Of a stretch of 49,742 nucleotides of DNA, positions 27,578 through 34,398 are shown in pieces. The position numbers and the translations under genes are program-made. The first letter of the stretch is position 1. Every line of letters starts with the position of its first letter. Below the pieces are notes generated by a model that was not told the origin of the DNA, did no database searches, and saw only the letters and a program-made list of their open reading frames with translations. Origin of the DNA: Candidatus Hadarchaeota archaeon. Lineage in GTDB: Archaea > Hadarchaeota > Hadarchaeia > Hadarchaeales > JAGGTB01. The DNA lies in NCBI GenBank assembly GCA_964510375.1, contig CAZEBR010000007.1:4895-54636 (forward strand). The letters run 5' to 3'.

Positions 27578-28936
27578 CTAGTTTTTTAGACTCAGAATCG
27601 GGCTGGGTAGTCTCCCGCCCCTCTTAATTAATTTCTCAGAAGAATAATCACTCAGTTCCATTACCGGGGCACGTCCAAGGAGCCCGCCAAATTCCAAAAC
27701 ATCGCCGGCTTCCTTGCCTTCGGCAGGTATAATTCTGACTCCTTCCGTCTTGTCGTTCACGACGCCTATGGAAAGCTCATCGGCTATGACCGCACTTATC
27801 TTCTCGGCCGAAGTATTACCGGGAACAGCAAACATGTCCAAGCCCACGGAACAGACCGATGTAAGCGCTTCGAGTTTGTCCAGTTTCAAAGCTCCCTTCT
27901 CGACGGCTTCCACCATCCCTAGATCTTCGCTGACTGGAAGGAAAGTTCCACTCAAACCTCCCACGTTCCTGCTCGCCATCGCACCACCCTTCTTGACGGC
28001 ATCCATCAACAGAGCGACCGCCAAGGTCGACCCATGAGCCCCGGGCTTGTCCACACCCATGGCCTCTAAAATTCTCGCCACCGAATCGTTCTCTACCGGA
28101 GAAGGAGCCAAGGATAGATCAACAATTCCGAAGGAAACTCCCAATTCTTCCGCCAACTCCCGACCTATCAGTTGGCCGGCCCTCGTGGTCTTGAAGGCCG
28201 TTCCCTTGATGACCTCCGAAAGTTCAGTAAGGTCGCAGTCAGGATTATTGTCGACGACTTCCCTGACGACCCCTGGACCGCTAATCCCCACGTTAAGTGA
28301 AAATTCGGGTTCCCCGACGCCGTGAAAAGCTCCGGCCATGAAGGGGTTGTCTTCGGGAGCGTTGACGAGTGCGACGAACTTCGCACACCCGGTGCTATTA
28401 TCCGTCTCGCCGGCAACCTCCTTGAGAATCTCACCGAGCTTTATTATCATGTCCATATTCATGCCGGCCCTGTGACTACCCACATTGAGGAACGAACATA
28501 CCCTTTCCGTCTCGGAGAACATTTCGGGCAAAGAATCGACTAGCGCCTCGTCGGCCTCAGTGGCGCCCTTCTGTACCAACGCGCCGAAACCCCCTACGAA
28601 ATCCACGTCCGCATCCCCAACCGCATCGTCCAAAACTTTAGCCATTTCGACCAGCTTTTCCTCAGAAGAGTGCGATTCCGTGATCAGTGATATGGGAGTT
28701 ACCGAGATCCTCTGGTTGACAATCGGGATTCCATATTTGGATTCGAGCTTCTCGGTCTCCTCCACCAGTCGCTCGGAGTTCGTGTTTACCTTCTCGTAAA
28801 CGTTTTCCTTGAACTTGTCGAAGTCGGAATGAACACAGTCCTTCAGATTAATTCCCAGAGTAACAGTCCTTATGTCCAGCCCCTGGAAAAGGGACATTGT
28901 AGCCGTTTCAAATATCTCATCTACAGTGAAAGCCAT
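27578..28936 (-). CDS. UPF0210 / DUF711 family protein
   Basis: About 452 aa. MAFTVDEIFETATM..LDIRTVTLGINL N-terminus is typical of the family. ATG 28936 lies 2 nt after the ACT gene stop (ORF track TTG 28942). Confidence 0.75.
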   Translation of the reverse strand: MAFTVDEIFETATMSLFQGLDIRTVTLGINLKDCVHSDFDKFKENVYEKVNTNSERLVEETEKLESKYGIPIVNQRISVTPISLITESHSSEEKLVEMAKVLDDAVGDADVDFVGGFGALVQKGATEADEALVDSLPEMFSETERVCSFLNVGSHRAGMNMDMIIKLGEILKEVAGETDNSTGCAKFVALVNAPEDNPFMAGAFHGVGEPEFSLNVGISGPGVVREVVDNNPDCDLTELSEVIKGTAFKTTRAGQLIGRELAEELGVSFGIVDLSLAPSPVENDSVARILEAMGVDKPGAHGSTLAVALLMDAVKKGGAMASRNVGGLSGTFLPVSEDLGMVEAVEKGALKLDKLEALTSVCSVGLDMFAVPGNTSAEKISAVIADELSIGVVNDKTEGVRIIPAEGKEAGDVLEFGGLLGRAPVMELSDYSSEKLIKRGGRLPSPILSLKN

Positions 28937-28938
28937 TC

Positions 28939-29217
28939 TCAAACCCTGTGCATAGCTTTGAAAATATCCTCATGTTGAAGCTGAACCCGAAGGCCCATTT
29001 CCTCCCCTATCTCCTGTAAATCTTCCTCTATCTCTTCGAAGGAATAATCGGAATCTTGAATGTCTATGAGCATGCTCATCACAAAATATCCTTCTATCAC
29101 CTTTTGGCTAATGTCCTCAATGTTGATGTCCTTCTCGTAGACGGAATTCGACATCTTGGCGATTATCCCCTTCTGGTCCTCGCCAATCACCGTCACGAAG
29201 CAGAGCTCTTTTCCCAT
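28939..29217 (-). CDS. ACT-domain protein (UPF0237-like)
   Basis: 92 aa. VTVIGEDQKGIIAKMSNSVYEKDINIEDISQ is an ACT beta-alpha-beta pattern. Confidence 0.75.
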   Translation of the reverse strand: MGKELCFVTVIGEDQKGIIAKMSNSVYEKDINIEDISQKVIEGYFVMSMLIDIQDSDYSFEEIEEDLQEIGEEMGLRVQLQHEDIFKAMHRV

Positions 29218-29298
29218 TTTTATTAGCCTCCATCCAGAAAAATCAGCCTGTCTACTATTTAATCCTTCTATCCATGGTGGGTTATTTACTAGTGCAAC

Positions 29299-30231
29299 TT
29301 AAGGTTTGGAAAAATCCGGCAATGCCTCAATCAACCTATCAGCCAAGTCCACTATTTTGTCCCCGTGCTCCAGCTTGTCCTTCCATTCTTCCGAAATTCT
29401 ATCGGCACCGTGATACGCACCGGCGATGGCGCCGGTCATAGCACCGATGGTGTCCGCGTCCCCGCCCAAGCTTACGGCGTAAAGTACTGCACCCTCAAAG
29501 CTCTCCGGATGAGACAAGAAACAGTAGACGGCGGTCGGTACAGAATTGAAGGCTTCTACACCGTGCCCCAAACTCCTCACGACCTCCGACTTGTCCGGAT
29601 TCGCTTCGAGAAGTTCGCGGACCTTCGAGACCTTTTCCTCGTATTTCTCCTCGCTCACAGCGTTGTCGAGTTCATCCAGAAATGTACTCGTGTCGAGCTC
29701 CGAGGAGGGATCTTCCCTAGCAACAATGCCCACCGAGGTTGCCTGAAGGACGGCTCCATCCCTCCCCAGGCTATGAACATGGGTGATGCTGCTCGATTTT
29801 CGGGCCAGTTTTTTGAGTTCTTCCAAGTCGCCGCAAGCAAAAAGCCCGACGGGAGCAATTCTCATGGACGAACCGTTGCCGTAAGAGCCTGCACCGCCGA
29901 AAAGCTCCTTTGCCGGCTCATCCCACCGAACACCCCCTCCGAGCTTTCTTATGACCTTACTCGACCCCGGTCCGTAGCCTCTGGAGGGATCAAAATATTC
30001 CACCAATTTCTCCGCTAGATTCTGACCATCAAATCCACCCTTCTCCGATAAAGAATCGGCAAGAGCCATCATCTGTTGAGTGTCGTCCGTGTAACGGAGC
30101 AGATCCCTCCCTCGAACGAGATCCCTGATTCTATCAATCTTCACCATCCCACCGCCTTCTCTGGACCTTCCGATCGCATCGCCGAGCCCGGTACCCAGCA
30201 TTCCGCCGCGATAATATGATTTCAAGCTCAT
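29299..30231 (-). CDS. ADP-ribosylglycohydrolase (DraG/ARH family)
   Basis: GTGLGDAIG, RYTDDTQQM, GSYGNGSSMR, GGDADTIGAMTGAIAGAYHG. Confidence 0.85.
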   Translation of the reverse strand: MSLKSYYRGGMLGTGLGDAIGRSREGGGMVKIDRIRDLVRGRDLLRYTDDTQQMMALADSLSEKGGFDGQNLAEKLVEYFDPSRGYGPGSSKVIRKLGGGVRWDEPAKELFGGAGSYGNGSSMRIAPVGLFACGDLEELKKLARKSSSITHVHSLGRDGAVLQATSVGIVAREDPSSELDTSTFLDELDNAVSEEKYEEKVSKVRELLEANPDKSEVVRSLGHGVEAFNSVPTAVYCFLSHPESFEGAVLYAVSLGGDADTIGAMTGAIAGAYHGADRISEEWKDKLEHGDKIVDLADRLIEALPDFSKP

Positions 30232-30920
30232 TCCTCCAAGGAGACAAGTGGAAGGATGTCATCCAGAATAAAATCTACGAATTCGTCCCTTTCAAGGCTA
30301 CTGAACAGAACCACGACGCAACTTCGGGTTACCCCAACGACTATATCCTTCTCCTGAACCTCGAAAACAGCGTACCAGATGTTGCCATGATCCAAGTATT
30401 CCTGGTAGAGCGAGGAATCAGCGAGGGAAGACCCATAGAGGGCGAGCTTACCGACATCGGGAATATCGACATTGTCGAAGTAAATTACCTTGGTGGCCTG
30501 AGGATTGCTCTCATGAAGTTCCTTCAGCGTCTCCTCGGTGATGGTGGCCTCGACGATCGTTCCCTTACTGAGAAATATCGCCTCGCTCAGCTCGTTCGCT
30601 ATCCTGTTCGCCTTGTTCTTCTCCTCCAGTATAATGAGGAAAATTTCGCCCTTTCTCTCCTGAAAAACCAGTCGGGTTTCCCTCGTTTTTGGGACTTCTA
30701 TCTCTCCGTCCCTGTGGTGTATGGTAACGAGGGTGTCATGAGTATAAATCCCGTGCAAAGTTCCGTCATCGGTCTCCAAATCCGTGACTTCAGTTATCAG
30801 ATTACCCTCCCCTGCCTTGGTCTCGTAAGGTTCCTCCTCCCGATAGTCCTTCAGCTTTCGAGCTATGAAGCCCAGATCCGAGTCCTTTCCTATTCGGAAC
30901 ACTTTCGCAGTACTTACCAT
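30228..30920 (-). CDS. hypothetical protein, translationally coupled to the ADP-ribosylglycohydrolase
   Basis: 230 aa with an acidic, balanced composition. ATGA overlap with the downstream gene. The opposite-strand ORF 30216-30983 is L/F/S-rich, as expected for the antisense of an E-rich gene. Confidence 0.65.
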   Translation of the reverse strand: MVSTAKVFRIGKDSDLGFIARKLKDYREEEPYETKAGEGNLITEVTDLETDDGTLHGIYTHDTLVTIHHRDGEIEVPKTRETRLVFQERKGEIFLIILEEKNKANRIANELSEAIFLSKGTIVEATITEETLKELHESNPQATKVIYFDNVDIPDVGKLALYGSSLADSSLYQEYLDHGNIWYAVFEVQEKDIVVGVTRSCVVVLFSSLERDEFVDFILDDILPLVSLEE

Positions 30921-30961
30921 CTTGAAGTTTCACCCGAACAATCTCCCAATCTAACTTCAAG
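30921..30961 (-). promoter_or_regulatory. 9-bp perfect inverted repeat abutting the start codon of the 230-aa gene
   Basis: CTTGAAGTT (30921-30929) and AACTTCAAG (30953-30961) with a 23-nt spacer, directly upstream of ATG 30920 on the minus strand. Confidence 0.35.
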
Positions 30962-31125
30962 AAAGAAAAAACTTTGTATCTAACGCTCCTATCCAACCCG
31001 GAACTTGAAAAGATCACGAACAAAAATGCCGGGAATAAAAAGGGGGTTGAGAGAAATCATTTTTCTCCACGGGGGTTTTAAAATCAGAAGAAAAAGAAGC
31101 TTAAGACTGAAACAACTAGAAGGCG

Positions 31126-33024
31126 ATGAAAATGGCTAGCCAAGGAAATGCGAAAACACACATCAAGGAAATAATATTGGAAAATTTCATGAGCTACGAT
31201 TATGCCCGAATTCCTCTAAAACCGGGTCTGAACGTCATAAGCGGGCCTAACGGCGCCGGTAAGTCCTCGATCTTGCTCGCCCTTTCAGTGGCGTTGGGAC
31301 AGTCACATACAGAAAGGTCCCGGAAGCTGAGCGATTTGATAAGGAGGGGGGAAGAAATGGCAAGAGTGAGCGTAGTCTTCGACAACTCGCCAGTCGACGG
31401 TAGGCGCCCGATATCGGACGCCGATACCGACTCTTACGTCCTTTCGAGATACCTGCAGGAGGACGGGACCTACTGGCACGAGGCTAACTATGAGACTGTT
31501 ACTAAGGAAGAGGTCAAAAGGATACTATCTCAACTCTCCATAAATCCGGACAATATGCTCATCGTAATGCACCAGGGGATGATCGATGTCTTCGGAGCGA
31601 TCGACGCTCAGGAGAGGTTGAAGACGGTGGAGGAAGCCGTCGGGCTGAGCGACTATAGAAACAGAATATTTGAGGCGCAGGAAAATCTCTCCCACAAGAT
31701 GAGCGAAGAGGAATCGATCAACGAAATGCTTCAAGAAGCCCAAGAAACTCTGGATCACTGGGAGGAGGAATATGAGCGCTACAAGAAGAAGCAGAATCTC
31801 CTCGAAAAAAAGGAGGATCTAGAAAGAGAGTACGCATGGGCCAAGTGGTGGAGGCAGAAAGAAAGGGTCGATAAACTCGATTCGAAGGTCAGGGAAAAGA
31901 AAGAGGACCTCAAACAAATCGAAAGGGATCTCGAGAAAACTAAAGAGAAGAAAAAGGACTCCAAAGAGAAACTGGACGGATTAGAACAGAAGTTTGAAGA
32001 TCTCTATCGGAACCTCGTCCACCACGAAAAGGAAAAAAGCCGGGCCGAAGCGGAACTCGACTTAATCGAAAAAATTGGAAGATCGAAATTGGAAGGCTTA
32101 GCCGAAAACTCGAGAGATCCGGAAGAGGCCGTAGAGAAAGCCGAAGAAGAAATCGAGGAAAACAGAAACGAAATAGCCCACACCAAGGAGGAGCGAAACA
32201 GCGAAAGAGAAAGTTACATCGATCACAACATCAGGGAAGCCATTCTTGGATTCCGAAGAGAACGGACGGAAGAAAAAATTGACGACCTCAAAAAGGATCT
32301 GAGGAAAAACAAGCGGGAACTTGAAGAACTGGAGGCGGAGGCCAAAGAAAAAGGAAGTAAGATGAGGACGGACAGGAAATCTAGAGAAATCCTCGAAGAA
32401 ATCCGCGTCACCAATGCAAAGTTGGCGGGTTTGGATGACGTGTCAAAAGAATCTGAAAAGATGTATCAGGATCACAAGGAGAGGCTGGAAGAGTTAGAGG
32501 AAAAAGCGAAAGAAGCCGAAGAAAATCGAAAGAAGGCCTTAGAAAAGCTGGAACTCAGACAGGAAAAGTGGAGAAGCGAAATTCAAGAACTTTTGAAAAA
32601 AGTCAGGGAAACCTACCGGCAGATTTTGGAAAGAGTAAACGCCGTGGGGGACGTGAGAATGATAAACCCCAATAACATTGAGGAGTCAGGTCTCGAACTC
32701 ACCGTTGGATTTAGGGGAGCGGAACCACAAACCCTTGACGCCTATACTCAAAGCGGTGGAGAAAGATCAACTTCAATAATGTGCTTCCTTCTCGCACTCC
32801 AACAGCACATAAAATCCCCAATCAGGGCACTAGACGAATTCGAGTTACACATGGACCCTCGAAACCGACAGATGATGATGAGAGAGCTTCTGAACCTGAT
32901 GGAGGAGAGCAACAGCCAATACTTGGTAATAACCCCAGGAAGGTTAGTAGAGATCGAAAAAGTTCCCAACGTAATCGCAGTCCAAAACTCGGCCGGTTCT
33001 TCGGAGGTAAAGGTGGCTACCTAA
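31126..33024 (+). CDS. short SMC-like ATPase with Smc5/6-type head motifs, no hinge, no zinc hook
   Basis: Walker A GPNGAGKSS (31243-31269), Q-loop VMHQG, about 340 aa of coiled coil, signature QSGGERSTSIMCFLLAL (32749-), Walker B SPIRALDEFELHMDPRNR (32827-32856). Confidence 0.85.
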   Translation: MKMASQGNAKTHIKEIILENFMSYDYARIPLKPGLNVISGPNGAGKSSILLALSVALGQSHTERSRKLSDLIRRGEEMARVSVVFDNSPVDGRRPISDADTDSYVLSRYLQEDGTYWHEANYETVTKEEVKRILSQLSINPDNMLIVMHQGMIDVFGAIDAQERLKTVEEAVGLSDYRNRIFEAQENLSHKMSEEESINEMLQEAQETLDHWEEEYERYKKKQNLLEKKEDLEREYAWAKWWRQKERVDKLDSKVREKKEDLKQIERDLEKTKEKKKDSKEKLDGLEQKFEDLYRNLVHHEKEKSRAEAELDLIEKIGRSKLEGLAENSRDPEEAVEKAEEEIEENRNEIAHTKEERNSERESYIDHNIREAILGFRRERTEEKIDDLKKDLRKNKRELEELEAEAKEKGSKMRTDRKSREILEEIRVTNAKLAGLDDVSKESEKMYQDHKERLEELEEKAKEAEENRKKALEKLELRQEKWRSEIQELLKKVRETYRQILERVNAVGDVRMINPNNIEESGLELTVGFRGAEPQTLDAYTQSGGERSTSIMCFLLALQQHIKSPIRALDEFELHMDPRNRQMMMRELLNLMEESNSQYLVITPGRLVEIEKVPNVIAVQNSAGSSEVKVAT

Positions 33025-33025
33025 A

Positions 33026-33826
33026 ATGGTCAGCAAAAAGAAGAAGAGAGAACTGATGAACAGAATCATCGACCTCGCCGAATCCGTAAACGACAGGGAG
33101 GTCGACCCGTTTGAAGTCGAAGTGTCCGATTTCCTCGAAAGACTGGACGAGATTTTTCCCGAGGAGGAAGACCCCGAGGAACTGTTACTCGACATGAGAG
33201 CGATGCTAGGACTGACGGACGTAGTCTCCCAGCAGGAGGACTGGATAAAACACAAATCTTCCTTGCTTCACTTCGACCCGATGCTAGTCAACTGGAAGGT
33301 CAAGGAGCTTACGAAAAAACAGCTGGCCTACGTGCTCGTTGATTCCTGGCACCCAACCGTGGAGATGGAATCCATATCGAAGCCCGGTATAGAAGAGGCC
33401 ATGGAGTACTGGGAAAATCTGGAGCCTATGTCGGAGCGTGGTGCGGAGCTGGAGACTGAGGAAGTTTCGCCGGGAGCGATAAGCATGGAAGAGCTATCCG
33501 AATCGGGGTTTCAAAGCAAGGAAGATTTCGACGAGGAAGTAGAGGAAAAGTGGGAAGAACTCAAGAAAGCGACCGACGAGGAAAACAAAATTTCCTACTG
33601 GGAATTCATCGACTCGGAAAACTATAAGGAGACCATTCGAAACGCCTGGCTGACCAGCTTTCTCATAAGCTACGGCTACGCCTCCGTCGAAATGGACCCC
33701 TTGGAAGAAAAAATTACGCTGAAGGCCAGAGAAACCCAGGAGACCCCGAGGGAGAAAGACGGTAAATCCTTGCCGATAGCAATCTCGTACGACGACTGGG
33801 AGGAGAGGAGGAACCGAAATGAGTGA
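33026..33826 (+). CDS. kleisin-like (ScpA/Nse4-like) acidic protein
   Basis: Starts 1 nt after the SMC-like stop. EVDPFEVEVSDFLERL and DWIKHKSSLL N-terminal helices, an acidic linker, and a C-terminal NAWLTSFLISYGYASVEMDPLEEKITL winged-helix-like block. Confidence 0.55.
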   Translation: MVSKKKKRELMNRIIDLAESVNDREVDPFEVEVSDFLERLDEIFPEEEDPEELLLDMRAMLGLTDVVSQQEDWIKHKSSLLHFDPMLVNWKVKELTKKQLAYVLVDSWHPTVEMESISKPGIEEAMEYWENLEPMSERGAELETEEVSPGAISMEELSESGFQSKEDFDEEVEEKWEELKKATDEENKISYWEFIDSENYKETIRNAWLTSFLISYGYASVEMDPLEEKITLKARETQETPREKDGKSLPIAISYDDWEERRNRNE

Positions 33827-34370
33827 AGAAGAGGAAAAAATCGAGGAGATAAGAGAAAAGATGGAGAGGGCCGCACAGCTCATCCTATTCAAGAGGCACC
33901 GGGAACCCGGAGCCAAATCATGGGAGCTGAAAAAGGTCCTAGGTAAGAGATATCCCGAAATAGTCGATATGCTCGATCAGGAGCTCCAGAAAATAGGTCT
34001 GACCATCAAGGAAATAGGGAAGGACGAGGACGGGCCCACTCGATACTACGCCACTATGAAGGGTCATCCCCGCCTTTCGGACAGAACCTTCGGCTGGAGA
34101 ATCGACGACATGGCATCCCTCACAATCGCACTCTCATACATACAAGCAAAGAGAGGAAAGGCCCCCTTAGAAGAAGTCAAGGAACTATTGAGGGAAAAGC
34201 TACCCAAATGGCGCGTGGACAGGAATATAAACAGATTCACAAAGATGGGCTATCTCTCCGAAGATGACGGGATGCTCCAAATGGACTGGCGGGCAAAAGC
34301 GGAAATCGACCAAGAGAAAATGCTGGAAGGCCTGCTGAGCAAAGAAGTAGAAGAATCGGAAGAAAACTGA
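33819..34370 (+). CDS. tandem winged-helix (KITE: ScpB/Nse3-MAGE-like) protein
   Basis: 8-nt overlap with the preceding gene. AAQLILFKRHREPGAKSWELKKVLGKRYPEIVDMLDQELQKIGLTIKEI and SLTIALSYIQAKRGKAPLEEVKELL..FTKMGYL give two wH-like repeats. Confidence 0.5.
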   Translation: MSEEEEKIEEIREKMERAAQLILFKRHREPGAKSWELKKVLGKRYPEIVDMLDQELQKIGLTIKEIGKDEDGPTRYYATMKGHPRLSDRTFGWRIDDMASLTIALSYIQAKRGKAPLEEVKELLREKLPKWRVDRNINRFTKMGYLSEDDGMLQMDWRAKAEIDQEKMLEGLLSKEVEESEEN

Positions 34371-34398
34371 ATTTAAACTCCTCAATAACTTGAAGCGC

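Noticed and set aside
30228-30920. Calling the 230-aa partner of the hydrolase an ADP-ribosyltransferase or a PD-(D/E)xK nuclease
   Set aside because: LHG.., LYGSS..Y and IPD..QEK fragments can be forced onto H-Y-E or PD-ExK patterns, but the spacing does not fit. I have no defensible alignment, so it stays as a hypothesis to test.
30216-30983. 255-aa plus-strand ORF that would be co-directional with the SMC-like gene
   Set aside because: It is L/F/S/Q-rich (mirror of GAR codons) and unlike the acidic proteome. The minus-strand ORF has normal composition and an ATGA coupling to the ADP-ribosylglycohydrolase.
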